A stretch of DNA of 64,000 nucleotides from Nitrospira sp. (GTDB lineage Bacteria > Nitrospirota > Nitrospiria > Nitrospirales > Nitrospiraceae): positions 8,468 to 72,467 of the forward strand of contig DATJGE010000103.1 in NCBI GenBank assembly GCA_035495295.1, read 5' to 3'. A program made the translations under genes and the position numbers. This document shows positions 21,766-32,100 of the stretch, piece by piece (the first letter of the stretch is position 1; each line of letters opens with the position of its first letter). The notes under the pieces are model-generated. The model was not told the origin of the DNA, did no database searches, and saw only the letters and a list, made by a program, of their open reading frames with translations.

Positions 21766-23211
21766 CTAGGATGCCTGCTTGGTGACGGCCTTCATGCCGG
21801 TCAAGCCGTGCACAATTTGTTCCATGCGCATACCGCGGGAGCCCTTGACGAGCACCACGTCGCCTCGGCGAACCGATTTCTTCAGCGCGTCGGCCGCGGC
21901 ACCGGCATCCGACAGTTCGAGGATCGCCTGCTCCGACATACCTGCCTGTCTGGCACCCGCCGCGATCTCTCGGCCCAACTCTCCACAGACGATCAATCGC
22001 GAGAGCGGCAATGCGGCGGCGAACCGCCCGACATCGCGATGCAGTTGGTGACTGTCCCGACCAAGTTCCAACATGTCTCCCAGCACGGCCACCCGTTCAC
22101 GGGCGGGTGTCCATCCCCCGAGCAGCTGCAAGGCCGCCTGCATTGAGGCCGGATTGGCGTTATAACAGTCGTTGATGATTTGGACGCCGTGATGGCTCAT
22201 GACTTGCGACCGCATGGCAGCGGCGCGGAATTGAGCCAAACCCTGCGCGATCATTGTGCCGGTCAGATTCAACGAGAATCCCACAGCCGCTGCGGCCAAC
22301 GCATTCGCCACATTGTGCGCGCCGTGCACCTTAATCGCGACCGGCGTAGGACGGCTTTTTCCCGGGAGCAGAAGGCCGAACGTCGTTCCCCGACGGGTGT
22401 CGCATGCAATGTTCACGGCACGGACTTGCGCCTTCTCTGATAATCCAAAAGAGAGGACGCGACAGCGGGCACGAGCGGCCAAGTAGTCGAAGAATGGATC
22501 ATCGGCATTCAAGACCGCCGTCCCCTCGGGCGGCAGCATGTCGAGAAGCTCGGCCTTTGCCTGCGCTGATCCTTCCATGCTGCCGAAGAATTCCAAATGA
22601 TCCGGACCGATATTCGTGATGAGGCCGACGGTGGGTCGCACAATTTCGCAGAGACGGGTCGTCTGGCCGCGATGGTCGACGCCCATCTCGATGACAGCGG
22701 CTTGGTGTTTGGGGGTGAGCCGAAACAGCGTGTGCGGCACCCCAATACGGTTGTTGAAGTTTCCTTCCGTTTTGAGCGTCCGCCAACGAGCGGCCAAGAC
22801 ACTGGCCACCATGTCTTTCGTCGTCGTTTTTCCATTGCTGCCCGTCACGGCCACCACCGGAATCGAGAAGCGACTTCGATGATGAGTCGCCAATTGTTGA
22901 TAGGCGAACAAGGGGTCCTGAACGCCGAAGACGAACGGCTCGCGCGTCCCGATGGATTTGGGTTTTTTGCCGTCCCATCGATACCCATCGTGCACGATCG
23001 CACCGGCCGCGCCCTTGGCCAATACGGCCGGGACGAATAGATGACCGTCGACACGTTCTCCCCGGAGCGCCACGAACAGGTCACCGCGGCGAATCGACCG
23101 CGAATCGGTGCTGATGCCACGTACTCGCCGCTTCGTGGATGGCGAGGCGTCGCCCGCCAGCACCTTCACGCTGATGACTTCCCGCAGTTCAGCCACCGTA
23201 AAGAGCGCCAT
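21766..23211 (-). CDS. murF: UDP-MurNAc-tripeptide--D-Ala-D-Ala ligase (ATG 23211 preferred)
   Basis: TGSNGKTTTK, NFNNRIG, DCYNANP, GDMLELG and KGSR motifs. Confidence 0.96.
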   Translation of the reverse strand: MALFTVAELREVISVKVLAGDASPSTKRRVRGISTDSRSIRRGDLFVALRGERVDGHLFVPAVLAKGAAGAIVHDGYRWDGKKPKSIGTREPFVFGVQDPLFAYQQLATHHRSRFSIPVVAVTGSNGKTTTKDMVASVLAARWRTLKTEGNFNNRIGVPHTLFRLTPKHQAAVIEMGVDHRGQTTRLCEIVRPTVGLITNIGPDHLEFFGSMEGSAQAKAELLDMLPPEGTAVLNADDPFFDYLAARARCRVLSFGLSEKAQVRAVNIACDTRRGTTFGLLLPGKSRPTPVAIKVHGAHNVANALAAAAVGFSLNLTGTMIAQGLAQFRAAAMRSQVMSHHGVQIINDCYNANPASMQAALQLLGGWTPARERVAVLGDMLELGRDSHQLHRDVGRFAAALPLSRLIVCGELGREIAAGARQAGMSEQAILELSDAGAAADALKKSVRRGDVVLVKGSRGMRMEQIVHGLTGMKAVTKQAS

Positions 23212-23252
23212 GCTCTCGTCCCCTCGCTCCGATTTTCCTCCGGGATGCACGG

Positions 23253-24770
23253 TCACGCGCAATTCCTCAGCTGCTGAATCGCCTCTCGCGCGACTTCCCG
23301 ATCGTCGAAATGCACCTTCTTTGTGCCAAGGATTTGGTAGTCCTCGTGACCCTTGCCGGCAATCAGGACGATGTCTCCCGTTCGAGCCAGACGCACCGCC
23401 GCCGTTATGGCCTCCCGCCGGTCTGCAATAAGATGGTACTCAACGTTCGGATGTGTGTGGAGTGCCTCCCTCACACCGGCTTCCACTTCATGGAGAATGG
23501 CCAGGGGGTCTTCGGTCCGGGGGTTGTCCGAGGTGAGCACGACGACATCGCTATACTCGACGGCCGCACGTCCCATCTTTGGACGTTTGCCTCGATCGCG
23601 GTCTCCTCCACACCCGAACACCGTAATAATCCGGCGGCTCTTCAACGCCTCGGCCGCGGCCAGCAACCGCACGAGCGCGTCCTCCGTATGGGCGTAATCG
23701 ACCACGACCGTAAAATCTTGTCCCGCCGTCACACGTTCGAATCGACCGGGCACATTGGTTAATGACGCCACCCCTTCCTGCACCTGATCACGCGTGGCTC
23801 CGGCGTGCAAGGCCACGCCGATGGCACCTAAGAGATTGTAGACATTGTGTTCACCGACGAGACGGCTCTCGACGCGAAAGCTCCCAGCCGGCGTGGCGGC
23901 GGTGAATGCAGAACCATTCATCGAGAGACGCACATCCAGCGCTTGAAGGTCCGCCCGGCTCTTCACGCCAAATCCCCACACCGGGACCCGACAGGCTGCG
24001 CGTACCTGCGCGCCTCTCGGATCATCCACATTGACGATGGCGCGTTGGCCTCTTTTATGTCCCTGACCCAACGTCGTAAAGAGGCGTAATTTCGCCTGGA
24101 AGTACTCCTCCATGGTCCTGTGATAGTCGAGATGATCTTGTGTCAGGTTGGTGAAGACGGCGACGTCGTATTCGCACCCTGACGTCCGATCCATGGCTAA
24201 AGCATGAGAGGATACTTCCATGACGACGCTGTCGATATCGACTTCAGTCATCTTGGCCAGCAGTGCCTGCAATTCAAGCGCCCCGGGTGTTGTGTGAGAA
24301 GCCGGAATCGTTTCGCCTCCGATTTGGTAGGCCACAGTCCCGATCAGTCCGACACGGCGACCCATCCCTTCCAGCAGTGCCTTACACAGGTAGGTAGTGG
24401 TCGTCTTACCGTTCGTTCCTGTGACGCCGATCATGGTCAATCGCGCCGACGGGTCACCATGAAACCGACTACCCATCAAACCGAGCGCCTTGCGTGAGTC
24501 CGTCACTTTGACGAATGGGAGCGATTCGCGCTCGACGGATTCTTCCGCCACAATCGCGGCCGCTCCTGCTTTGATGGCCTGCCCTACATAGCGGTGACCA
24601 TTCACGCGCTCGCCCTTCACAGCGACAAACAGGCTCCCAGCGACGACTGCCCGTGAGTCATCGGTCAGTGAAGTGACTGCCTGATTCAAAGCTCCGTGGC
24701 GTTCAACAATCGGCACTTGGCCGTTGAGAGCGGCAAGCAACTCCATGACAGTCATCGAACGCGCTTCCAT
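23253..24770 (-). CDS. murE: UDP-MurNAc-dipeptide--meso-DAP ligase
   Basis: TGTNGKTT, DYAHT, GCGGDRD, DNPR (DAP-type) and AGKGHE motifs. Confidence 0.97.
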   Translation of the reverse strand: MEARSMTVMELLAALNGQVPIVERHGALNQAVTSLTDDSRAVVAGSLFVAVKGERVNGHRYVGQAIKAGAAAIVAEESVERESLPFVKVTDSRKALGLMGSRFHGDPSARLTMIGVTGTNGKTTTTYLCKALLEGMGRRVGLIGTVAYQIGGETIPASHTTPGALELQALLAKMTEVDIDSVVMEVSSHALAMDRTSGCEYDVAVFTNLTQDHLDYHRTMEEYFQAKLRLFTTLGQGHKRGQRAIVNVDDPRGAQVRAACRVPVWGFGVKSRADLQALDVRLSMNGSAFTAATPAGSFRVESRLVGEHNVYNLLGAIGVALHAGATRDQVQEGVASLTNVPGRFERVTAGQDFTVVVDYAHTEDALVRLLAAAEALKSRRIITVFGCGGDRDRGKRPKMGRAAVEYSDVVVLTSDNPRTEDPLAILHEVEAGVREALHTHPNVEYHLIADRREAITAAVRLARTGDIVLIAGKGHEDYQILGTKKVHFDDREVAREAIQQLRNCA

Positions 24771-24777
24771 CCAAAGC

Positions 24778-26487
24778 CTATTTCGCCGCCATTGCTATCT
24801 TGACTTGATCATCGCGAGGCACACCCAGATAGGTCAGCACCTGCTCTCCGACGCGCCGAAATACCGGAGCCGCCACCACGCCGCCCCAGGCTTCGCCCTG
24901 CGGCTCATCAATCACGATGATCATCGCGACACGCGGAGCGTCTGCCGGCACAAATCCGACGAAGGACCCGACAGACAACGCGTTGGAATAGGCGCCGGTC
25001 CGCGGATCGACCTTTTGGGCCGTGCCGGTCTTGCCCGCGACACGAAATCCGGGAATCGCGGCTTTCGTCCCTGTTCCGCTCGTCACGACGCCTTCCATCA
25101 TCGTAGCGAGCGTTCGTGCAGTCGTTGGCGACACGACACGGCGCTTCACCTGCGGCAGCACTTCCTTCACAATCTGCCCCTTGTGATCCCTCACCTCTGA
25201 TACGACAAAGGGCTTCATGAAGACACCGTCGTTGGCGATCGCCGAGACAGCAGAGAGCATTTGCAACGGCGTCACTCCGACTTCCTGCCCCATGGAGATG
25301 GATGCCAGCGAACGGCGGCCCCAATCTCGCGGAGGCTTCAGCAATCCGGCAACTTCTCCTGGGAGGTCAATCTCCGTACGTTGGCCGAAGCCGAACGCCT
25401 GCAGATACCGATAGAGCCGCTGCTCGCCCAGCAGCATGCCGGTTTTCGCCGCCCCAATATTGCTGGACTTTTGAATCATTTCGGCAAATGTCATCCAGCC
25501 GAGCTTCTCATGGTCATGGATGGTCGTGTTCGCGATCGTCATTCTGCCGTTCTCCCCGTACAACAACGATCCCGGCATCATGACCTTTTCTTCCAACGCC
25601 GCGGCGGCGACGACAAGCTTCATGGTTGAACCTGGCTCATACGTATCCGTGAGCGCACGGTTTCGCCAGCGGTCAGCAGTCAAGGACGTCACAGCATTGG
25701 GGTCGAACCGCGGGCTGACGGCCATTGCGAGAATGGCTCCCGTTTGCGGTTCCATTACGATAATCGTCCCTGACTTCGAGTGGGCGCGGTCAACGGCTTC
25801 GTCCAATTCCTTCTCGGCGATGTATTGAATCACCTCATCGATGGTTAACGTGAGTGCCTGGCCCGCCGATGGAGACTGTTCACGAAGCCCTTTGGGAAAT
25901 ACCGTTCGCCCCAGCGCGTCACGCTGCAGAATCGTCAGGCGCTTTTCTCCATGCAGCTGCGATTCGTACCGCCGCTCTAAACCTTCCAACCCGACGCCCT
26001 CCATTCCGACGAAGCCCAACACATGGGAAAGCAGGGGGCCTTTCGGGTAGAACCTCCGCCCTTCCATCACCATGCCGATTCCGTCGATCGACAATTGTTC
26101 CAGTCTGTGCCCTTGCTCGGGCTCGACTTTTCGTGCCAACCACACGAAATGCCTGTCCTGGCGAAGCTTCTTTTCTATCTCTTCACGCCGGACGTGCAAA
26201 ACGGAAGAGAGCGATCGAGCGGCGATCGCAGGACTGTCAAGCGACGTCGGGACGCCGAAGATGGAGGGTACTTCGACATTCATCGCCAACACCTTCCCGT
26301 GTCGGTCGGTGACCGTACCTCTGGCGCCTTCAAGGGTCACGGTTTTTTGATGCTGCCGATCGGCACGCGCTGTCAGCTCAGCCGCTTGCAACAGTTGAAG
26401 GTTGACCAGACGAAATAAGATGACGCCAAAGCCGGCCAGGAGCAGCAGGAGCAGCACATACCGGCGGGATCGCGGAGGGCCCATCAT
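24778..26487 (-). CDS. ftsI: division transpeptidase PBP3
   Basis: EPGSTMK, SSN and KTG motifs; position after ftsL. Confidence 0.95.
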   Translation of the reverse strand: MMGPPRSRRYVLLLLLLAGFGVILFRLVNLQLLQAAELTARADRQHQKTVTLEGARGTVTDRHGKVLAMNVEVPSIFGVPTSLDSPAIAARSLSSVLHVRREEIEKKLRQDRHFVWLARKVEPEQGHRLEQLSIDGIGMVMEGRRFYPKGPLLSHVLGFVGMEGVGLEGLERRYESQLHGEKRLTILQRDALGRTVFPKGLREQSPSAGQALTLTIDEVIQYIAEKELDEAVDRAHSKSGTIIVMEPQTGAILAMAVSPRFDPNAVTSLTADRWRNRALTDTYEPGSTMKLVVAAAALEEKVMMPGSLLYGENGRMTIANTTIHDHEKLGWMTFAEMIQKSSNIGAAKTGMLLGEQRLYRYLQAFGFGQRTEIDLPGEVAGLLKPPRDWGRRSLASISMGQEVGVTPLQMLSAVSAIANDGVFMKPFVVSEVRDHKGQIVKEVLPQVKRRVVSPTTARTLATMMEGVVTSGTGTKAAIPGFRVAGKTGTAQKVDPRTGAYSNALSVGSFVGFVPADAPRVAMIIVIDEPQGEAWGGVVAAPVFRRVGEQVLTYLGVPRDDQVKIAMAAK

Positions 26488-26822
26488 TATTTCGCGCCTC
26501 CAGCAGTCGGCATGCTGCGGGCAACCCTGAGCTGCTCGACGGGCGGCGTCGCCACAAGCGGCATCTCAGGCTGCGGGTGGATAATGAATAATTGCCCTTG
26601 CTGCGGAGGGAACAATCCCAGCTTGTCCGTGGCGACCTTCGCGATTCGCTCGGGGGCCGTCAGGGTGGAGACTTTGACTTGCAGCTGGTCACGCTCCCGC
26701 TCAAGGAGCGTCTTCTGCATTTTCAGACGCTCGATCGAATACCCGAGCCGCACGACATCCACTCGTTCCCACACGAACACAAACACGAGACAGAGTCCGG
26801 CGGCTACGGCTACGGCTTTCAT
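26487..26822 (-). CDS. ftsL: cell division protein FtsL
   Basis: TM, leucine-zipper and PERI..A...LG; lies between rsmH and ftsI. Confidence 0.88.
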   Translation of the reverse strand: MKAVAVAAGLCLVFVFVWERVDVVRLGYSIERLKMQKTLLERERDQLQVKVSTLTAPERIAKVATDKLGLFPPQQGQLFIIHPQPEMPLVATPPVEQLRVARSMPTAGGAK

Positions 26823-27778
26823 GCCGATCCCTCCTTCGTGATCCGTTGAATGACACGCAATTTCGCGCTTCGCGATCGTGGATTGCGATGCCGCTCCTGT
26901 TCCGATGGAAGCTGCGGACGCTTCGTGAGGATCTGAAATTCATCGCCGCGTTCGGCCGAAAGAGCCCTGAATGTCTGTTTGACCACTCGATCCTCGAGCG
27001 AATGGAACGAGATGACACATAGGCGGGCTTCAGGCGCCAACACATCGGCCGCGTCCCGCAGTGACGCCTCCAAGTGATCAAGCTCATGATTGACAGCAAT
27101 GCGAAGCGCCTGAAAAGTTCTCGTGGCGAAATGAATACGTCCTCGGCGGTAGTGACCAGGGACCGCTGACTCGATGACAGCAGTCAGCTGCCCCGTCGTG
27201 GCGAAGGGCCGTTCGCGGCGCCTGTTCACGATCGCTCGTGCGATACGACGGGAATACCGCTCTTCACCCAAACGGTAAATCAGGTTCGCAAGGTCGACTT
27301 CATCAAGTCGATTCACAATATCAGCCGCGGTCTCACCGCTGCCTTGATCCATTCGCATATCGAGCGGTCCCTCGAAACGAAAACTGAAGCCGCGAGCAGG
27401 TTCATCGAGTTGCGGAGAGGACACACCCAGATCGAACAAGACGCCCTGTACCTGCGGGATGCCGCGTTCCGCCAAGATTGACTTGAGGTCCGAAAAATGC
27501 GCGTTGACAAGCACTGCACGATCTCCGAAGGCTCGAAGCCGGTTTGCACCTACGCGGATTGCCTGGGAATCTCTGTCGATTCCAAGCACGACACCGTCTG
27601 GCAGGCTCGCACTCAGCAATTCACGAGCATGCCCACAATACCCCACTGTACAGTCCAGATAGATGCGGCCCGGCTGGGGTCTGAGCCAAAACACAACCTC
27701 GGAACACATAACCGGCGAGTGACCAAGAGCAGATTCATTTTCATTTTGCCCAGTTTCACCCACAATCTCCCACGCCAT
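26819..27778 (-). CDS. rsmH: 16S rRNA m4C1402 methyltransferase (start ATG 27778 or nearby GTG; the ORF-track start lies upstream of the promoter)
   Basis: HSPVM, DLGVSSPQLD, PLDMRM, FHSLEDR and NPRSRSAKLR motifs. Confidence 0.96.
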   Translation of the reverse strand: MAWEIVGETGQNENESALGHSPVMCSEVVFWLRPQPGRIYLDCTVGYCGHARELLSASLPDGVVLGIDRDSQAIRVGANRLRAFGDRAVLVNAHFSDLKSILAERGIPQVQGVLFDLGVSSPQLDEPARGFSFRFEGPLDMRMDQGSGETAADIVNRLDEVDLANLIYRLGEERYSRRIARAIVNRRRERPFATTGQLTAVIESAVPGHYRRGRIHFATRTFQALRIAVNHELDHLEASLRDAADVLAPEARLCVISFHSLEDRVVKQTFRALSAERGDEFQILTKRPQLPSEQERHRNPRSRSAKLRVIQRITKEGSA

Positions 27779-27811
27779 GGCGGAGTATACTCCACGGACA
27801 TACATTGTCAA
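27749..27811 (-). promoter_or_regulatory. dcw operon promoter with three MraZ-type TGGG boxes
   Basis: TTGACA(27811-27806)-N16-TATACT(27789-27784); TGGG at an exact 10-bp period (27772, 27762, 27752). Confidence 0.75.
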
Positions 27812-28111
27812 TAAAAAATTCATGCACTTAGAAGTTTCCTTACTACGGCGAAATTGGGGCCGATCCCCTAAGCGTTATACGGATTAATCCACATAGAAGG
27901 GACGGCAGATATCCACAGCAGAAAAAGGGGGATTTTATGACCTGTCTGCTTTAGCCACTACTAGGAATTGTGCCGGTCGACACACACCGGCAATCGCGAC
28001 GCTGTCAGAGCCGACGAAGTTCGAAGCGCTGGGCGAGTTTGGAGCGACGCAGAATGAGATTCGCCTTCTTGGGACAGCCGGTGGAACGAAATGAAGAGAG
28101 GGTGAGAGACG

Positions 28112-29404
28112 TCAGGGATAAAGTTTGTACAGCATACGGGGGAAAGGAATGGTTTCTCGCACATGCTCGAGTCCGCAAATCCAGGCGACAGCGCGTTCAA
28201 TACCCATTCCAAAGCCTGCATGAGGCACGGATCCGAATTCCCGAAGATCCAAATACCATTTGAAGGCGTCTTCGGGCAGATGGTGCTCGATGAGCCTTGC
28301 GCGCAGCAGTTCGATGTCGCGAATACGCTGGCCGCCGCCAATAATCTCTCCATACCCCTCTGGAGCCAGGACATCCATACACAGCGCGAGGTCTGGCCGT
28401 GCTTCGTCCGGCTGCATATAGAACGCCTTGAGCGCAGAAGGATACCGATGGATCATCACGGGTCGATCGAACTCCTGCGAGATGATCGTTTCTTCATCTC
28501 CGCCAAAATCATCTCCGAGCCGGGTCGGATTGTGTTTCTTCTGCAAGAGACTGATCGCTTCTTCATAGGTCAGCCGCGGGAACGGCGGCTTGATGGCTTC
28601 GAGCTTCGTCACATCCCGCTCCAGCACCGACAATTCGCGCGTTCTCGTCTCCAGCACTCGTTGTACGATGAAGCTCAAAAACTGCTCCGCCAGCTCCATG
28701 ATGTCGTCAAGCTGTGCAAAAGCGACTTCTGGTTCGACCATCCAAAATTCCATCAGATGCCGACGCGTCTTTGATTTTTCAGCTCGAAACGTCGGACCGA
28801 AGCAATACACTTTGCCGAAGGCCGCCGCGGTGGCTTCACTATAAAGCTGGCCGCTTTGCGTGAGATACGCCGTTTCGTCAAAATACTGCGTTTGAAACAA
28901 CGTCGTCGTGCCCTCGCACGCGTTCGGTGTAAAGATAGGCGCATCGACGAGTATGAACCCCCGATCGTCAAAGAAATTGCGGCATGCGCGGACAATTTCG
29001 TGCCGGATGCGCAGAATGGCGTGTTGTCGGTGAGACCGCAGCCATAGATGCCGGTGCTCCATCAAGAAGCCAACGCCATGTTCTTTTGGCTGGATCGGGA
29101 AAGGCTTTGCAATTTGAAGCGCTTCGATGCGGCTCACATCCAGTTCATAACCTCCGGGGGCCCGATCGTCCTGCCGTAATTGTCCTGTGAGAATCAACGA
29201 GGACTCCTGTGTCAGGCTCGCCGAAATCGCAAACTGATCGTCGCCGACGGCTTTTTTACTCACGACCGCCTGGAGGTCGCCCGTGCCGTCGCGGACCGTT
29301 AAAAAATGGAGCTTGCCGCTGTCGCGGCGGCTGCGCAGCCAGCCGTGAATCGTCACTTCCTGTCCCACATGCTGTGCGGCCGCATCGATGGTCATGACCG
29401 GCAT
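28112..29404 (-). CDS. asnS: asparagine--tRNA ligase (ATG 29404 with AGGAGG RBS)
   Basis: [27 protein letters not shown] and [11 protein letters not shown] motifs. Confidence 0.96.
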   Translation of the reverse strand: MPVMTIDAAAQHVGQEVTIHGWLRSRRDSGKLHFLTVRDGTGDLQAVVSKKAVGDDQFAISASLTQESSLILTGQLRQDDRAPGGYELDVSRIEALQIAKPFPIQPKEHGVGFLMEHRHLWLRSHRQHAILRIRHEIVRACRNFFDDRGFILVDAPIFTPNACEGTTTLFQTQYFDETAYLTQSGQLYSEATAAAFGKVYCFGPTFRAEKSKTRRHLMEFWMVEPEVAFAQLDDIMELAEQFLSFIVQRVLETRTRELSVLERDVTKLEAIKPPFPRLTYEEAISLLQKKHNPTRLGDDFGGDEETIISQEFDRPVMIHRYPSALKAFYMQPDEARPDLALCMDVLAPEGYGEIIGGGQRIRDIELLRARLIEHHLPEDAFKWYLDLREFGSVPHAGFGMGIERAVAWICGLEHVRETIPFPRMLYKLYP

Positions 29405-29532
29405 GGGCGCGTCCTCCTGATTTCGTTGCCTCCCACTGGAGAAAGCCAGCGTAGCGGAATGTTGATTGTCATTCAAGAACACGAACATTGCAGTTTGTTG
29501 ACAAGTTGCTTCCGCAAGAGAAGAATCACGTT

Positions 29533-30522
29533 ATGCGAATAGAAACGCATCTTGGACGACGAGCGGCTCTGGTGCTGTTTTCGGCGACCCTCGCCGGGGC
29601 AATGTCGCCAAATGGCACCGCCGCGGCGGCCTCAACGATTTACTACTGCGCGGACCGGACACAAGACCAGCAGTATTCAGCGCGACCAGGTCCTGGCTGC
29701 GTGCCGCTCCAGGACGCAACACAACAGGAAAAGCGAGCGAACACGCCGCAACGACATTTTGAGGCCGAGAATCTGCAGCAAGATGTGTCCGTGTTTCTTT
29801 CTCGGTACAGAACGTTTATTCAGTGCTGCAAGACCGACCTCGACGCATTGCATGAGATCGAGGAGATGGCGGATGAACTGGATCAATTGATCGCCTCGGC
29901 TCAGGCGGACCTCTCGAACTACTCGCTTGCGTCGAGAGGAATCATGCTTCGGGAATTTCTTCCTCGCATAGCCAAGGTCAAAGGAGATCTCAAACTTCTC
30001 CGTACGCGTCTGGAACAAATCGGGGAACTGTCAAACCGAAGAGGCATGCAGGACCTCGAGCAGGAGGGAATCGCGTCCCGACAAATCCGGGGACTCGAGG
30101 AGTCGATCGAACGCGACATCCATGCGCCGACATTGCCGGGCGGCGCAAAAACAGGGGCGAGCATCGGCGTAGCTCCCGCTGCGGGGCCAGCGATTGGCCG
30201 CAGCCCCAAGAACGGAACGGAGATCGGCCAGGAAGGACTGACTGGTCACGACATCGGAGCGACACCGAAGAACAGCCAAGACATTGGAACCGCTGAACCG
30301 TTTGGCTTCGCGATCGGGGCGACCGGCCGAGCGGGACCAGCTATCGGCGAATCCAACCTCAATCAGGACAGCTCGTCCGGCGTCAGCTCAACGCTCCAGC
30401 GCTCGACGATCGGGTCCAGCATTTCAGATTCCGCCGTCGGTTCAAGCCTTCTTCGTTCCACGATCGGCTCCTCCATGCCGGACACATCAGGGAGCATCGG
30501 CTCCGATTCGCAAAAGCGCTAG
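29533..30522 (+). CDS. secreted hypothetical protein with helical middle and C-terminal GxxIG / Ser-rich repeats
   Basis: Signal-peptide-like N terminus and periodic repeats; stop overlaps the convergent gene. Start is uncertain (29488-29533). Confidence 0.7.
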   Translation: MRIETHLGRRAALVLFSATLAGAMSPNGTAAAASTIYYCADRTQDQQYSARPGPGCVPLQDATQQEKRANTPQRHFEAENLQQDVSVFLSRYRTFIQCCKTDLDALHEIEEMADELDQLIASAQADLSNYSLASRGIMLREFLPRIAKVKGDLKLLRTRLEQIGELSNRRGMQDLEQEGIASRQIRGLEESIERDIHAPTLPGGAKTGASIGVAPAAGPAIGRSPKNGTEIGQEGLTGHDIGATPKNSQDIGTAEPFGFAIGATGRAGPAIGESNLNQDSSSGVSSTLQRSTIGSSISDSAVGSSLLRSTIGSSMPDTSGSIGSDSQKR

Positions 30523-31583
30523 GCTCCCGCATTCTGCGCGACGGCAGGCATCGGCTCCCACGTCTCGCCCCCATCACGGCTGCGATATAGTCCGCTGCCG
30601 TTGGTGCCGGCATAGAACAGGGCTGGGTCCGTCGGACTTTGTGCGATCGACCGAACGTTTGTACTGACAAATCCGTTGTTCAGCGTCTTCCAGGTCATCC
30701 CTCCGTCGCCACTCCGATGGACCCCTTCACGTCCAGTGATATAGATGACGCCCTTCTTGCTCCGGTCCACCACCATCCCAATGATCATTTGATCGGATAG
30801 CGATTCGCCGATTCGCCTCCACGACTTCGCCCCATCCGCCGTTTTGAAGAGGCCCGTAAGGGTCGCTGCATACACCGTGTCTGGTTCGAACGGGTCCACC
30901 TGGATCGATGTCACGTTCAACGCCCGTGAAGACTTGATCATTTCCGGCGGCACCAAGCCGTTGTTGGCCTTTTCCCAATGGCCGCCTTCATTGACCGTCT
31001 TGTAGACTCCTCCGCTGGTACCGGCATAGAGAAAGGCCGGCCGTGTCGGATCCATGGCGAGGGAGACAACCATGAGAACCTCTTTCATGCCCTCCATCCT
31101 CTTGATCCAACTTTCGCCGCCGGTTTTGGTTTCAAAAATTCCCATCGTCGTCGCCAGGAAGATATGGTTGCTGTCGTAGGGGTCAAAGACGAACTGATTC
31201 ACCACTGACGAAATCGTCGCATCGTCCAATCCCGACCGCATGGAGGTCCAGCGCTGTCCGCCGTCATGGCTCTTGTAGACGGCGTCGCCTTTCGTCCCGG
31301 CGTACACCGTCGCCGGATACGATGGGTCTATCGCCATCGCGATTACACGTGAATGGCTCATGCCCTTAGATATATTTGTCCAGGTCTTTCCGCCGTCCCT
31401 TGTCTTATAAATGTAATCGTTTGTTGTTACGTAGAGGATGTCGGGATTCTTCGGGTGAAGCTGAATCACGACGATAGGATCGCTGCGATCGCACCCGAGA
31501 AGCGTAAGCGCGAAAAACAGCATCCCTGCAAGGCCGACGGGTTGCATCAGCGCACACGGCCGCTTAAGGGCACGCATGGTCAT
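30519..31583 (-). CDS. BNR/Asp-box (YCF48/VPS10-like) beta-propeller lipoprotein
   Basis: Seven (S/T)xDGGxxW-like repeats and lipobox LLGC. Confidence 0.85.
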   Translation of the reverse strand: MTMRALKRPCALMQPVGLAGMLFFALTLLGCDRSDPIVVIQLHPKNPDILYVTTNDYIYKTRDGGKTWTNISKGMSHSRVIAMAIDPSYPATVYAGTKGDAVYKSHDGGQRWTSMRSGLDDATISSVVNQFVFDPYDSNHIFLATTMGIFETKTGGESWIKRMEGMKEVLMVVSLAMDPTRPAFLYAGTSGGVYKTVNEGGHWEKANNGLVPPEMIKSSRALNVTSIQVDPFEPDTVYAATLTGLFKTADGAKSWRRIGESLSDQMIIGMVVDRSKKGVIYITGREGVHRSGDGGMTWKTLNNGFVSTNVRSIAQSPTDPALFYAGTNGSGLYRSRDGGETWEPMPAVAQNAGA

Positions 31584-32077
31584 CGATAGTTCGTAAACTG
31601 GAGATCGACACCGAAGTCTTTTGCCCGGAGGAATGCGATCGCCGATTGCAGCTCATCCTTGCTCTTGCCTAAGACGCGAAGCTGCTCACCTTGGATTTGC
31701 GCCTGGACTTTCAGCTTCCCGTCCTTAATCGCCTTGGAAATTTCTTTCGCCTTTTCAGACGCCAACCCGCTTTGAATCTTCGCCACTTGCCGAACGGTCC
31801 CGCTTAAAGCAGGCTCAACGGAGCCGTAATTAAACGCCTTCAATGAAACCCCACGTTTGACACATTTCGCCTTGATGATCTCCTGCACGGCCTTCAGCTT
31901 ATAGTCGTCGTCCGAGACGACGATCAACTCCTTCTCTTTCTCTTTGAGGCTGATATCAGTCTTTGAATCTTTAAAATCGAACCGCTGTTTAATTTCCTTC
32001 GTCGCCTGATCCAGCGCATTCTTCAGTTCCTGCATATTGACCTCAGACACGACATCAAAGGAGAATTGATCCGCCAT
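31580..32077 (-). CDS. yajQ: YajQ family nucleotide/c-di-GMP-binding protein
   Basis: SFDVVS, RFDFK, VQAQIQGEQLRV, LQFTNYR; ATG 32077 has a GGAGG RBS. Confidence 0.95.
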   Translation of the reverse strand: MADQFSFDVVSEVNMQELKNALDQATKEIKQRFDFKDSKTDISLKEKEKELIVVSDDDYKLKAVQEIIKAKCVKRGVSLKAFNYGSVEPALSGTVRQVAKIQSGLASEKAKEISKAIKDGKLKVQAQIQGEQLRVLGKSKDELQSAIAFLRAKDFGVDLQFTNYR

Positions 32078-32100
32078 GTTCGCCTCCAGTCTCTTCGTTG

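Noticed and set aside
27779-27823. N-terminal extensions from the ORF track (rsmH; similarly murB, murC, murD, yajQ, asnS, EamA, PilZ genes)
   Set aside because: They overlap promoters or neighbouring genes. Downstream starts with an RBS or stop-start coupling fit family N termini better.
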